This document shows positions 18,556 to 28,847 of a stretch of DNA of 64,000 nt, one piece after another; position 1 is the first letter of the stretch; each line of letters starts with the position of its first letter. The stretch is from positions 78,134 to 142,133 of the forward strand of contig DASZZD010000013.1 in NCBI GenBank assembly GCA_035545015.1, written 5' to 3'. This stretch comes from Phycisphaerae bacterium (GTDB taxonomy: Bacteria > Planctomycetota > Phycisphaerae > WQYP01). The translations under genes and the position numbers were made by a program. Under the pieces are notes generated by a model. It was not told the DNA's origin, did no database searches, and saw only the letters and a program-made list of their open reading frames with translations.

Positions 18556-19734
18556 TCACCAACTGACTTCAAATGACAGGCGCACCGAGGCCCAGGTGTC
18601 CCATCCGTGCTGCCCCTTGAACTCGGGCGACTCGCTGGTCCAGCTATAGGTGAACTCGAAATACTTCAAAAAGCGGTGGGACAACCCGTACTCGACCCCG
18701 AAGATTCCATGCACGGGGGAGGCGGTCACCGGATCGCGGTCGGAAAAAGCATCTCCCTCCAGGAGCGAATTCCGGCCCACGACCTGGCCATAGGGTCGGG
18801 CGAAGATAAAGAAGGACTGCTTGCGGAAAAAATCCTCCCAGGCATAGGGATCGTCGATGCCCGCGGCGCGATAGGTGAAGTCGCCGGGCATGGCGAGGTT
18901 TCCGGGGCCAAAATCGTCGGGCATGTTCCAGCCCGCGCGGAGGATCGCCCCCGCGTGGGCTTCATCGAGCACGGAGCCGGCGGTCAGGCCCAGCTCCGGC
19001 AGCACCTGCACCCTGGGCGCCCACGGCTGCCACTCGGCCGGCGGGGTCCAGGCATCGAGGCGCCACCGCCGGTCATATTTGATCGCAAATTCCCCCTCGT
19101 CGTTGATCTGGTTGCTCCAACCGCGCGGCATCGTGTAACCGAACGTGTGGTGCACCATCTCCTGCGCATTTTGCGCCAGAGAGGAGGGGCCCATGATGCC
19201 CACATCCAGCTCGAGGGCTTCATACACGGGCACCTTGGCCTGGCGATTCGCCCGCTGGAAGAAGAGTCCTCCATACGTGTAACCCGCGAACGGGCGGTCG
19301 CTGGGAATCGGCTGCGTCAGCTCGTAGTGCTTGGGAGTGTACATGGTCAAGGCGCCCACGAACCCCATGGCGTGATCAGTGGTCGCTTTGGGAAACTCGC
19401 CCGCGATGGAGGGCACGTTGTCGAGGAGCGCATCGACCCAGGGCGCCTGCCAGGCCACGGAAGCTCCGACGCCCGAGGTGTAATGCTTGTCGTGGCGATC
19501 GATGGCCTTGGCCCATCCGCCGTCGTTGTCCCAATAGAGGGTCCATTTCGTGGCATATGTGTTTTGGCCGCGCTCGCCCAGAAATGCCACTTGTCTGACT
19601 GCCGCGGGCATATCCTCCGGACGGAGGGTCAAGCCGGGCGCTTCCAAGGGCCCGGCTGCCCGCGCGATTCCGCACCCGCCGCACACCGCCGCCGCCAACA
19701 CCCGCGCCCATCGTCCACCCATCGGATTCCTCAC
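18556..19734 (-). CDS. LpxR-family (DUF2219) outer-membrane protein, putative lipid A deacylase-like
   Basis: Signal peptide, YWDNDGG...DRHDKHYTSG motif resembling the LpxR N-terminal signature, and a C-terminal aromatic residue (…FEVSW). Confidence 0.45.
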   Translation of the reverse strand: MRNPMGGRWARVLAAAVCGGCGIARAAGPLEAPGLTLRPEDMPAAVRQVAFLGERGQNTYATKWTLYWDNDGGWAKAIDRHDKHYTSGVGASVAWQAPWVDALLDNVPSIAGEFPKATTDHAMGFVGALTMYTPKHYELTQPIPSDRPFAGYTYGGLFFQRANRQAKVPVYEALELDVGIMGPSSLAQNAQEMVHHTFGYTMPRGWSNQINDEGEFAIKYDRRWRLDAWTPPAEWQPWAPRVQVLPELGLTAGSVLDEAHAGAILRAGWNMPDDFGPGNLAMPGDFTYRAAGIDDPYAWEDFFRKQSFFIFARPYGQVVGRNSLLEGDAFSDRDPVTASPVHGIFGVEYGLSHRFLKYFEFTYSWTSESPEFKGQHGWDTWASVRLSFEVSW

Positions 19735-20330
19735 GGCTGGAATTTGTATTTAACGAGCAACGCCCGCAATTCCCGGCTTCCCTCCTCGTGGGCCCGCAGG
19801 CTGTTCTGCAGATACATCCGCAATTCCGGATCGGTGGCCAGGGGCAGCGTCTCGGTGAGCAGGCTGATCTGCCAGTCGTAATCGGTCGACATGTTGATGA
19901 TCATGTCGCGCTCAAAATTGAGCTTGTCGTCGCCGCGCGCCACTTTTTCCTGCCGATCCTCCATGAATTTCTGGGCGCGTCCCTCGATGTCGTTTGAATA
20001 GTGGAAGGTCAAATCGACGTGATGCTCGCCGGCCCAACGCTTCAGCTGCTTGAGCAGATCGCCCTGGACATCGCCCATGTTTCTGAAGAACTGCTTGAAG
20101 GGCTGATCCACGGGGCGCAGCGGGGTGCTGGTGTAGAAGGCCAGTTCGGTTTTCTGCTGGTGCGCCCGGGCGAGCATGGACAGCACATCGCGGAGATCGG
20201 GGGTCATGGCCTGGGGGGTTCGCGGCTGGGTCGCCGGAGGGGTTTGTGGGGAGGGGGAACGGGCCCCCTGCCCGGCGCATCCGGCAAGGAGTCCGGTGAT
20301 TAACAGCACCGCAGAAAGCCGCTTCTCCAT
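19731..20330 (-). CDS. hypothetical lipoprotein
   Basis: Lipobox LLAGCAG. 4-nt ATGA overlap with the downstream LpxR-like gene. Confidence 0.5.
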   Translation of the reverse strand: MEKRLSAVLLITGLLAGCAGQGARSPSPQTPPATQPRTPQAMTPDLRDVLSMLARAHQQKTELAFYTSTPLRPVDQPFKQFFRNMGDVQGDLLKQLKRWAGEHHVDLTFHYSNDIEGRAQKFMEDRQEKVARGDDKLNFERDMIINMSTDYDWQISLLTETLPLATDPELRMYLQNSLRAHEEGSRELRALLVKYKFQP

Positions 20331-20342
20331 TCATCCGCATCC

Positions 20343-21227
20343 TTAGGCCAGGTTGTCCTGAATCAATCCCGCATTGAACAGGGCGGCCTTGATGAGGCCG
20401 CGCGTGGCGGGGGTAACTTCACAGAGGGGCAGGCGCATCTCGCCGGTATCGCGTCCGAGGATGTTCATGGCGGTTTTGACGCCCATGGGATTGCCTTCGA
20501 TGAAGAGGGCTTTGAAGAGCTCGAAGTGTTTGAGGTGAATTTCCCGGGCTTCGTCCAGGCGCTGGGCGCGGGCGGCATCAACCATCTGGCGGATCTGCTT
20601 CGGAATGAAGTTGCTGGCGACGCTGACGACGCCCACGGCGCCGACGGCGAGCATGGGGAGGGTGAGGGAATCATCGCCGGAGAGGACGGGAAAATTCATT
20701 GCGCACAGTTCGCTGCAGGAATCCATGCTGCCGGTGGCTTCTTTCATGGCGACGACGTTCTTGAACTCGCGGGCGAGGCGCATGACGGTCGCGTTGGCCA
20801 AGGTAACGCCGGTGCGTCCGGGGATGTTGTAAAGGACGATGGGGAGGTCGACGTGTCTGGCGATGGCGGCAAAGTGGCGGTACATGCCCTCCTGGGTGGG
20901 CTTGTTGTAATAGGGATTGACGAGGAGGGCGGCATCGGCGCCGGCGCGTTTGGCAAATGCCGTCAGGTCCATGGCCTCGTCGGTGGAGTTGGATCCGGTG
21001 CCGGCGATGACTTTCATGCCGGTTCCCCTGGCGGCCTTGACGGCGAGCTCGATGACCTGGTGGTGCTCCTCGTGGCTCAGGGTTGGGGACTCGCCGGTGG
21101 TGCCGACGGGGACGATGCCGTTGGTGCCGCCCCGGGCCTGATACTCGATCTGTTTTTCAAAGCCGGCGCGATCAAATTGGCCGTTGCGAAAGGGGGTGAC
21201 CAGCGCCGTGTAGGATCCGGAAAACAT
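20343..21227 (-). CDS. dapA: 4-hydroxy-tetrahydrodipicolinate synthase
   Basis: TALVTPF...GTTGES and the YNIPGRTG region. Confidence 0.9.
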   Translation of the reverse strand: MFSGSYTALVTPFRNGQFDRAGFEKQIEYQARGGTNGIVPVGTTGESPTLSHEEHHQVIELAVKAARGTGMKVIAGTGSNSTDEAMDLTAFAKRAGADAALLVNPYYNKPTQEGMYRHFAAIARHVDLPIVLYNIPGRTGVTLANATVMRLAREFKNVVAMKEATGSMDSCSELCAMNFPVLSGDDSLTLPMLAVGAVGVVSVASNFIPKQIRQMVDAARAQRLDEAREIHLKHFELFKALFIEGNPMGVKTAMNILGRDTGEMRLPLCEVTPATRGLIKAALFNAGLIQDNLA

Positions 21228-21433
21228 GACTGCTCCGATGACTGCTCCGGGGAAAGGTGATCCCGCCAGGGGGCGAGAGGGAAGGCGTCATTGTATCACG
21301 GCGGGCGGTTCAGGCGACTGGCGGGGCGCCTAGGATGATGGGTCGGGCGGCGGTGGGCCGGCGGCGCGGCTTGACAGGGGCGATGCATGCCCATAATGGA
21401 GGGCGGCCGAAAGGGGGGTTATGGAGGTATGCC

Positions 21434-21994
21434 ATGCCATTGGATGAGATTTTGTTTGAAGCGGAAGAGTCGATGGAGAAGGCGCTGGACCACCTGAAGC
21501 ACGAGTTGCAGGGCCTGCGCACGGGCCGCGCTTCCACCGCGCTCGTCGATCGCGTCAAGGTCGATTACTACGGCACGCCCACCGACCTGCGCGCCCTCGC
21601 CTCCCTCACTACGCCTGATGCCACTAGCATTCTCATCAAGCCCTTCGATCCCAGCTCGGTCAAGGACATCGTGCGGGGGCTGGAGGCGGCCAATCTGGGG
21701 ATCAACCCGCAGAGTGACGGCAAGCAGGTGCGGCTGGTGCTTCCGCCGTTGTCGGGGGAGCGGCGGCAGCAGCTTGCGCACAAGGCGAAGGAAGCGGCGG
21801 AGCAATCGCGCATTGCGCTGCGCAACATCCGCCGTGACGCCAACAAGAAGGTCGATGGCGAGGAGAAGGAATCGCTGCTCACGGAGGACCAGGCGAAGGG
21901 GGGCCGGGACGAGGTGCAGGAGCTGCTCAAAAAGTTCGAGGGTCAGGTGGAATCGCTGGTGGCCGCCAAGACGAAGGAAATCATGGAAGTGTGA
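21434..21994 (+). CDS. frr: ribosome recycling factor
   Basis: 187 aa with a typical Frr sequence. ggagg RBS. Confidence 0.9.
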   Translation: MPLDEILFEAEESMEKALDHLKHELQGLRTGRASTALVDRVKVDYYGTPTDLRALASLTTPDATSILIKPFDPSSVKDIVRGLEAANLGINPQSDGKQVRLVLPPLSGERRQQLAHKAKEAAEQSRIALRNIRRDANKKVDGEEKESLLTEDQAKGGRDEVQELLKKFEGQVESLVAAKTKEIMEV

Positions 21995-22033
21995 GCCGGG
22001 GGCGGGGGGAGCGGGGGAAGGGAGGAGGGCGCA

Positions 22034-24034
22034 TCAGGAGCCGAGGAGGGCGCGCAGCTTTTCGCTGACGGTGGCGACCGGCGACGCCCAGTCCTGATAG
22101 GCGGGCTGGCGGAAGAGGGTGAAGGTGGGGTACCAGGGGGAATCGGTGCGTTCCAGCATCCACATGTGGCCGGGCGAAAAGGCCAGCAGCATCCACACGG
22201 GCCTGGCGAGCGCCCCGGCGACGTGCACCACGGAGGTGTCGATGGAAATGAGCAGGTCCATGTTCTGGAGGATGGCGGCGGTATCTGAAAAGTCGTTGAT
22301 GTCGGCGTCGAGGTCGGTGAAGTCGGCGTCGGGGGAACGCCACGCGTCGGGGAGATTCGCGGGCTTGGCCTGGCCGGCAGCGGGGCCTTTTTGCAGGGAG
22401 TAGAAAGAGACGCCGGGGACGCGGGCCAGGGGAGAAAATGCGGCGAGCGACGCCGAGCGCAGAAAGTTTTCCGCCTGGAACGCTCCGCCCTCCCACACGA
22501 GGCCGACGCGGAAGCGATTGCGCGATGCGGCCAGGCGCTGCTTCCACTGCTGCACCCTGGCGGGATCGGCCGCGATGTAGGGGACGGTGTTGGGGACATT
22601 TTCGAGCGTGGTTTTGAACATTCCGGGCAGGGACATGATGGGAAAATGGGTATCGAAGGGAGGGAGCGGGACGCCGGAGGTGGCGACCTCGCGGACGCCG
22701 CGGATCGATTTGACGAGGTCCACCAGCGGGGGCTGTGCACAGAGGATCACGTAACCGCCGCGTTCCTCGGCGACGCGCGTCACGTAACGCCCGAAGAAGA
22801 CGGTGTCGCCAAGGCCCTGCTCGCCATAGAGGAGGATGCGTTTTCCGTTGAGCGGCGCCCCGTCCCAGGCGGGCTCTTTGAAATTGACGGCGGAATTGCG
22901 CAGGCCGGGGTGTTTCCAGCGCCATTCGTATTCTGGCCAGGCCTCGGCGTACTTGCCAAGCATGAGGCGTGCGACGGAGATGTCGAAGTGCAGCGTCGGC
23001 GGGGTGGGGTCGATGGCGAGCGATTTTTCCAGGGCGGCAAGCCCCTCCACGGCGCGGCCGGCGCGAATCAGGGTGATTCCCAGCGAGTGATAGAGCCGTC
23101 CGGAGGGCTGGATAGCGAGGCCTTTTTCGATGGCGGCGATCGCCTCATCGAAGCGGCCAAAGGTGGAAAGGGCGTCGGCGATGAGGGAATAGGGATCGGA
23201 ATTGCCGGGGAACTTGCGTGCGATCTGTTCGGAGACTTCGAGCGCTTTACCGAATTGTTTGGTGCGGTGGAGGCAGGCGGCGTAGTTCAGCAGGGCGAGT
23301 TCATCATCGGGGTTGAGCGCGACCGCGCGTTCGAAGACCTGGAGCGCCTCGGGATAGCGGCCGAGATTGGCCAGCGCGGACCCGAGGTTGCGCACGACGG
23401 CGAAATTATTGGGGGCGAGCGGAAGGGCGCGCTGCTGGCAGACGAGGGCGTCCTCGTGGCGACCGAGTTTTTCGAAGCACACGCCGAGGGTGCTGAGCGT
23501 GTCGGCGTTGCCGGGCTCGAGTTCGCTGCCTTTGAGGAAATAGGAGAGGGCGGCGGCGGGATTTTTATCGAAGAGGCAGCAGCCCGCGTGGGTGTAGGCG
23601 ATGGCCATGGCGGGGTTCAACTCAATCGCTTTTTGAGCGGAGGGGAGGGCTTCATCGGGGCGGCCGGCGGCGCGGAGGAGTGCGGCGACGTTGACGTGGG
23701 CGCTGGCGTTGGCGGGGGCGAGCTGGAGGGCGCGGCGTGCGGATTGGAGGCCGGCCTCGATCTGGCCGACGGAGCGCTGCAATTCGGCGAGGTTGACGAA
23801 AATGTCGGCGTTGGCGGGATGGAGCTCTGCTGCGCGCGCCACGAGTTGCAGGGCCTGCTGGGTGTGGCCGTGCTGGTGGAGCAGGACGCCGAGCATGTGG
23901 AGGGCGTCGGCGTTGCTGGGGTTCATCGCGAGGGTCTGGCGATAAGCGACTTCGGCCTCCGCGGCGCGGCCGGCGCGGTGGAGTTGGACGGCGGCGGCGA
24001 AGGCGCGCATTTCTTGTTCGGTGACGAGCGGCAT
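22034..24034 (-). CDS. TPR-repeat protein with a C-terminal GT9 (heptosyltransferase-like) glycosyltransferase domain
   Basis: About 11 TPR units followed by KRILLYGEQGLGDTVFF ... ISIDTSVVHVAGALARPVWML, which resembles the GT9 motifs LGD and ISVDTGPMHLAAAL. Confidence 0.7.
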   Translation of the reverse strand: MPLVTEQEMRAFAAAVQLHRAGRAAEAEVAYRQTLAMNPSNADALHMLGVLLHQHGHTQQALQLVARAAELHPANADIFVNLAELQRSVGQIEAGLQSARRALQLAPANASAHVNVAALLRAAGRPDEALPSAQKAIELNPAMAIAYTHAGCCLFDKNPAAALSYFLKGSELEPGNADTLSTLGVCFEKLGRHEDALVCQQRALPLAPNNFAVVRNLGSALANLGRYPEALQVFERAVALNPDDELALLNYAACLHRTKQFGKALEVSEQIARKFPGNSDPYSLIADALSTFGRFDEAIAAIEKGLAIQPSGRLYHSLGITLIRAGRAVEGLAALEKSLAIDPTPPTLHFDISVARLMLGKYAEAWPEYEWRWKHPGLRNSAVNFKEPAWDGAPLNGKRILLYGEQGLGDTVFFGRYVTRVAEERGGYVILCAQPPLVDLVKSIRGVREVATSGVPLPPFDTHFPIMSLPGMFKTTLENVPNTVPYIAADPARVQQWKQRLAASRNRFRVGLVWEGGAFQAENFLRSASLAAFSPLARVPGVSFYSLQKGPAAGQAKPANLPDAWRSPDADFTDLDADINDFSDTAAILQNMDLLISIDTSVVHVAGALARPVWMLLAFSPGHMWMLERTDSPWYPTFTLFRQPAYQDWASPVATVSEKLRALLGS

Positions 24035-24267
24035 GGATGGTTTCCGGATGAAGGGAAGTCAGGGGTAAAGCATGATAAGTGGCGTGCCGCAAATGACAAA
24101 CGTCGGCTGCCGGAATGGCAGGCGCGGAGACGGTTCACAGGGCTTTGTATCGGCAAAAAGGGGGGGGCGGCGGTGGTACGCCATTTGTTCATGGTAGGCA
24201 CGACACGATTGCATGACGTTTACAGGTGCCTCACCCCAGCGGTGGGCGGAATGGTGATTTTGTGCGA

Positions 24268-26856
24268 ATGGATAAATTGACGATCAAGGCGCAGGAGGCG
24301 TTGCAGGCGGGGCAGGCGTTGGCGGGGGAGTTGCAGCACAGCGAGTTTGGGACGCTGGAGTTGCTGAGCGCGCTATTGGGGGACAAAGAAGGATTGGTAC
24401 GGCCGATATTGGCGAAGCTGGGGGCGGATCCGGATCGGGTGGCGGGGGTGGTGCGGAGCGAGCTGACGCGGGTGCCGACGGTGTCGGGCGGGGCGCAGCT
24501 TGGCGTTTCGCGCGATTTGCAGGCGGTGCTGAATGATGCGCAGAAGGAAGCGGATCGGCTCAAAGACGAGTATCTATCGACGGAGCATTTGCTGCTGGCG
24601 CTGGCGGGCGTGAAGTCACCGGCGAAGGAAGTGCTGTCGGCGATGGGGGTGACGCGGGACAAGATTCTCGCGGCGCTCAAGGAGGTGCGCGGGAATACGC
24701 GCGTGACGGATGAGAATCCCGAGGCGAAATTCCAGGCGCTCGAGAAATACGGTCGCGACCTGGTGGAAGCGGCGCGGAAGGGCAAGCTCGATCCGGTGAT
24801 CGGGCGCGATGATGAGATTCGGCGCTGCATGCAGGTGTTGAGCCGGCGGACGAAGAACAACCCGGTGCTGATCGGCGAGCCGGGGGTGGGCAAGACGGCG
24901 ATTGTCGAAGGACTGGCGCAGCGGATTCTGGCGGGGGATGTGCCGGAGAGTTTGAAGAACAAGCGGCTGATTGCGCTGGACATGGGGGCGCTGATCGCGG
25001 GGGCGAAGTTCCGGGGCGAGTTTGAGGATCGGCTGAAGGCGGTGCTGAAGGAAGTGGAGTCGTCGCAGGGCGGGATCATCCTGTTCATCGACGAGATTCA
25101 CAACGTGGTGGGCGCGGGCAAAGCGGAAGGGAGCATGGATGCGGGGAATCTGCTCAAGCCGATGCTGGCCCGTGGGGAGCTGCGGTGCATCGGGGCGACG
25201 ACGCTGGATGAATATCGCAAGCACATTGAGAAGGATCCGGCGCTGGAGCGGCGTTTCCAGCAGATTTATGTGGGGCAGCCGAGCGTGGAGGACACGATCG
25301 CGATCCTGCGCGGATTGAAGGATCGGTACGAGACGCACCATGGCGTGCGGATCCAGGATTCGGCGCTGGTGGCGGCGGCGACGTTGTCGCAGCGGTACAT
25401 CGCGGACCGGTTTTTGCCGGACAAGGCGATCGATCTGATCGATGAGGCGGCGAGCCGGCTGCGGATCGAGAACGATTCGATGCCGCAGGAACTGGATGAG
25501 ATTCGCCGGCGGATCATGCAACTGGAGATCGAGCGCGAGGCGTTGAAGAAGGAAAAGGACGAGGGATCACGGCAGCAGCTTGAGAAGGTGGAGAAGCAGC
25601 TTGGCGATTTGCAGGAACAGAACACGCGCCTGACCACACAATGGGAACAGGAGGCGGGGGCGTTGCGCGGGATCAAGGAAATCCGCGAGAAGATCGAAAA
25701 TGCCCAGCGGGCGCTGGAAGAGGCGACGCGCAAGGGGCAGCTTGAGGAGGCGGCGCGGCTGCGGTACGGGACGATTCGGGAACTCGAAACGCAACTGGCG
25801 GAGCGGCAGAAGCAACTCGACGCGCAGCTTAAAAGCGGCGCGGCGCTGGTGCGCGAAGAAGTCACGCCGGAGGAAATCGCGGAAGTCGTCGCCAAGTGGA
25901 CGGGCATTCCGGTGAGCAAGATGCTCGAAGGCGACAAGGAGCGGCTGCGGAAAATGGAGTCGTTCCTGGGCAAGCGCGTGGTCGGGCAGGAAGAGGCGGT
26001 GAAGGCGGTCAGCGATGCGGTGCGGCGTTCGCGCGCGGGGCTGGGCGATCCGCGCCGGCCGATCGGCAGCTTCATGTTCCTGGGGCCGACCGGGGTGGGG
26101 AAGACCGAGTTGTGCAAGGCGCTGGCGGAGTTTCTCTTCGACACGGAAGACGCGCTGATCCGCATCGACATGAGCGAATTCATGGAGCAGCACTCGGTGG
26201 CGCGGCTGATCGGCGCTCCGCCGGGATACGTCGGTTATGAGGAAGGCGGCGTGCTTACGGAAGCAGTGCGGCGCCGGCCTTACTCGGTGATCCTGTTTGA
26301 TGAAATCGAGAAGGCGCACCGCGATGTGTTCAACGTGCTGCTGCAGGTGCTCGATGACGGCCGGCTGACGGACGGTCAAGGCCGCACGGTGGATTTCAAG
26401 AACACGGTGATCATCATGACCAGCAACATCGGCTCGCAGGTGATCCAGGACCTCACGGGCAAGGAAGGCGCGGAATGGGAGATCGAGGCGCAGGTGCGCG
26501 GCCTGCTTAAGCAGCATTTCCGGCCGGAGTTCCTCAACCGCGTCGATGAGATCGTGATTTTCCACGCGCTCGACAAGCAGCATCTCACGCGCATCGTGGA
26601 CATCCAGTTGGGCGGGCTGGAGAAGCGGCTGGAGAATCGCGGGCTGCACCTGGCGATCAGCGACGCGGCCAAGGCGGAGCTGGCGGAGCGGGGGTACGAT
26701 CCGGTCTTTGGCGCCCGGCCGCTGAAGCGGGTGATCCAGCAGGAGATCGAAAATCCGCTGGCGACGCAGATCCTCGACGGGGAGTTCGAAGAGGGCGATA
26801 CGGTGCGGGTCGATGCCGATCATCACAAGCGTTTCGCATTCAGCAAGGGCAAGTGA
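24268..26856 (+). CDS. clpB: ATP-dependent chaperone ClpB
   Basis: Two AAA+ modules (GEPGVGKT and GPTGVGKT), a coiled-coil middle domain, 862 aa. Confidence 0.95.
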   Translation: MDKLTIKAQEALQAGQALAGELQHSEFGTLELLSALLGDKEGLVRPILAKLGADPDRVAGVVRSELTRVPTVSGGAQLGVSRDLQAVLNDAQKEADRLKDEYLSTEHLLLALAGVKSPAKEVLSAMGVTRDKILAALKEVRGNTRVTDENPEAKFQALEKYGRDLVEAARKGKLDPVIGRDDEIRRCMQVLSRRTKNNPVLIGEPGVGKTAIVEGLAQRILAGDVPESLKNKRLIALDMGALIAGAKFRGEFEDRLKAVLKEVESSQGGIILFIDEIHNVVGAGKAEGSMDAGNLLKPMLARGELRCIGATTLDEYRKHIEKDPALERRFQQIYVGQPSVEDTIAILRGLKDRYETHHGVRIQDSALVAAATLSQRYIADRFLPDKAIDLIDEAASRLRIENDSMPQELDEIRRRIMQLEIEREALKKEKDEGSRQQLEKVEKQLGDLQEQNTRLTTQWEQEAGALRGIKEIREKIENAQRALEEATRKGQLEEAARLRYGTIRELETQLAERQKQLDAQLKSGAALVREEVTPEEIAEVVAKWTGIPVSKMLEGDKERLRKMESFLGKRVVGQEEAVKAVSDAVRRSRAGLGDPRRPIGSFMFLGPTGVGKTELCKALAEFLFDTEDALIRIDMSEFMEQHSVARLIGAPPGYVGYEEGGVLTEAVRRRPYSVILFDEIEKAHRDVFNVLLQVLDDGRLTDGQGRTVDFKNTVIIMTSNIGSQVIQDLTGKEGAEWEIEAQVRGLLKQHFRPEFLNRVDEIVIFHALDKQHLTRIVDIQLGGLEKRLENRGLHLAISDAAKAELAERGYDPVFGARPLKRVIQQEIENPLATQILDGEFEEGDTVRVDADHHKRFAFSKGK

Positions 26857-26862
26857 TCGGCG

Positions 26863-27339
26863 TTGGAGAGTTGCGTGAGCGAAACCGGCGAGCGTGTGGT
26901 GTTGTTTCTGTGCAGCGGGAATTATTACCGCAGCCGGTTCGCGGAGGAGCTTTTCAATCATCTGGCGCGCGAGGCGGGGTTGCCGTGGCGGGCGACGTCG
27001 TCGGGCTTGCGTGTGGATGAAGGCCTTTCGATGAACATCGGGCCGCTGTCGTGGTGGGCGCGGCAGGGTTTGGAGGAACGGGGCATCGCGGCGGCGGGGG
27101 CCCAGCGGATGCCACGGCAGGTGTCGGAGAGGGAGCTGGAAGGGGCGGCGATCGTGGTGGCGGTGAAGGAGGCGGAGCATCGTCCGTTGATGCGGCGGCG
27201 TCATCCGGCATGGGAAAGCCGGGTGCGCTATTGGGCGGTGGATGATCTGGATTGCGCCCAGCCATCGGAGGCGCTTGGGGAGCTTGAGCGCCTGGTGCGC
27301 GAGCTGATCGCGGAGCTGGGCCGCCTGCCGCCCGCATGA
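26863..27339 (+). CDS. low-molecular-weight phosphotyrosine phosphatase / ArsC-like protein
   Basis: CX5R P-loop VLFLCSGNYYRS. Confidence 0.5.
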   Translation: MESCVSETGERVVLFLCSGNYYRSRFAEELFNHLAREAGLPWRATSSGLRVDEGLSMNIGPLSWWARQGLEERGIAAAGAQRMPRQVSERELEGAAIVVAVKEAEHRPLMRRRHPAWESRVRYWAVDDLDCAQPSEALGELERLVRELIAELGRLPPA

Positions 27340-28385
27340 GCGTCCCCATGCCAGATGCTGCCGCTTCCGGTACACTTTCCGCCATGAGCGACAGCGGCGT
27401 GATGCTTTCGATCGTTTCTCCCATGTACAACGAAGCGGAGGGGATCGCGGAATTTGTGCGGCAGGTGCACGCGGCGATCGATCCGTTGGCGCTCGAAGGG
27501 GGTTGGGAGCTGGTGCTGGTGAACGACGGTTCGCGCGATGCCTCGCTGGCCGTCGCCAGTGAGATTGCCGCGCGCAATCCGGTAGTCCGCGTTGTTTCTT
27601 TTTCCCGCAATTTCGGGCATGAAGCGGCTTCCACAGCGGGCCTGCGTTACGCGCGCGGCAAGGCCGTGGTGCTGATCGATTCGGACCTGCAGGACCCGCC
27701 GGGCGTCATCCCGACGATGGTGACCAAATGGCGGGAGGGCTTCGAGGTGGTGTACGGCGTGCGTTCGAAGCGCAACGAGGAGACGATTCTCAAAAAATTT
27801 ACGAGCTGGGGGTTTTACCGGCTCATGGGCCGCCTTGCGAAAATCGACCTGCCCAAAGACACCGGCGATTTCCGCCTGATGGATCGCAAAGTCGTGGATG
27901 CCTTCAACACCCTGCCGGAGCGAAACCGCTTTGTGCGCGGAATGATCTGCTGGACGGGCTTCCGCACCGCCGGCGTGCCGTTCGAGCGTGCGCCGCGCTT
28001 CGCCGGCAAGACGAAATACAACTACGTGAAGCTGGTGCGGCTGGCGATCGATTCCATCACCGGCTTCACCACCGCTCCGCTGAAAATCGCCACGTGGCTA
28101 GGGATGATGATCGCGCTGGGGGCGCTCGCGTGGATCGCCGTGGTCATCCTGCAATTCTTCTTCTGGCCAGGCTACCGCACACCGGGTTACACCTTCCTGG
28201 CGATCGCGATTCTCTTTCTCGGCGGGGTGCAGATTTTTCTAATCGGGCTCGTGGGGGAGTACCTGGCCAGGACATACGAACAGGTGCAGGGGCGGCCGCT
28301 GTATATCGTGAGCGATCTGGTCAATTTCGGTCAGACGCGCGCGGTGGGGGGGGCGAATGGGGGGCTGCTGGGCGAGAAGCCGTGA
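27336..28385 (+). CDS. membrane-anchored GT2 polyprenol-phosphate glycosyltransferase (GtrB/ArnC-like)
   Basis: LSIVSPMYNE, LVNDGSRD and DSDLQD motifs plus two C-terminal TM helices. ATGA overlap with the upstream gene. An alternative start at 27384 is possible. Confidence 0.8.
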   Translation: MSVPMPDAAASGTLSAMSDSGVMLSIVSPMYNEAEGIAEFVRQVHAAIDPLALEGGWELVLVNDGSRDASLAVASEIAARNPVVRVVSFSRNFGHEAASTAGLRYARGKAVVLIDSDLQDPPGVIPTMVTKWREGFEVVYGVRSKRNEETILKKFTSWGFYRLMGRLAKIDLPKDTGDFRLMDRKVVDAFNTLPERNRFVRGMICWTGFRTAGVPFERAPRFAGKTKYNYVKLVRLAIDSITGFTTAPLKIATWLGMMIALGALAWIAVVILQFFFWPGYRTPGYTFLAIAILFLGGVQIFLIGLVGEYLARTYEQVQGRPLYIVSDLVNFGQTRAVGGANGGLLGEKP

Positions 28386-28412
28386 GGCGGGCCGCGTGGC
28401 CGGGCCCCCAGA

Positions 28413-28500
28413 CGACGACGTAAATGGCCACGAAAAGGCACGAAAAACACGAAGGACGACCACGACGGGAGTTGTCCACGAATGCACACGAAGTTGCACG
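28413..28500 (-). repeat. Type-A repeat element, inverted copy of about 88 bp: ACGACGTAAATGGCC terminal 15-mer plus CACGAA hexamer repeats
   Basis: Its reverse complement aligns along its whole length, with a number of mismatches and one short gap, with 46443-46532. Confidence 0.8.
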
Positions 28501-28629
28501 TATGGAGGCGGGGGGACTGGATGGAACGGAAGTGGCTGACGATACACGCTGATGGATGCGGCTGATGGGATTGCGGCGGGAAAATGTTGTCAGCAATCGC
28601 CTCGGGAGAGCATGTGTCGGAATCCTGAG

Positions 28630-28665
28630 CCATGAGTAGCCTCCCCGGAACAGGGGAGGGGCGAT
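28630..28665 (+). terminator. 7-bp hairpin (CCTCCCC / GGGGAGG) followed by GCGATTTTG
   Basis: agcctccccggaacaggggaggggcgatttt. A possible intrinsic terminator or attenuator between the left repeat and the TPR gene. Confidence 0.3.
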
Positions 28666-28791
28666 TTTGACCTGTCCGTCCGGTCCTGCTTTGCGGAAAT
28701 ACTGAAGCAGACGCGCAGACGTTGCCGATAGCCCGGATACCAGGCACATTTTGCGCACCGGACAGCCCCCGAACCATCCGGAGCGCGCCGC

Positions 28792-28807
28792 AGGCAGGAG
28801 GCTTGCG
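28792..28807 (+). promoter_or_regulatory. candidate sigma-54 promoter (-24 GG / -12 TTGC) upstream of the TPR-FlgN-like-HK-RR operon
   Basis: AGGCAGGaggcTTGCG against TGGCACGnnnnTTGCW: correct spacing, 2 mismatches. Chance matches are frequent at this GC content. Confidence 0.3.
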
Positions 28808-28847
28808 GCAGGGGGCCAGGTAGTTCACGACGGCGGAGCCGCACGGA

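Noticed and set aside
24035-24267. CIRCE or sigma-32 heat-shock promoter upstream of clpB
   Set aside because: No TTAGCACTC-N9-GAGTGCTAA inverted repeat. Only a weak CTTGtAt...CCATtT resemblance to sigma-32, insufficient to call.
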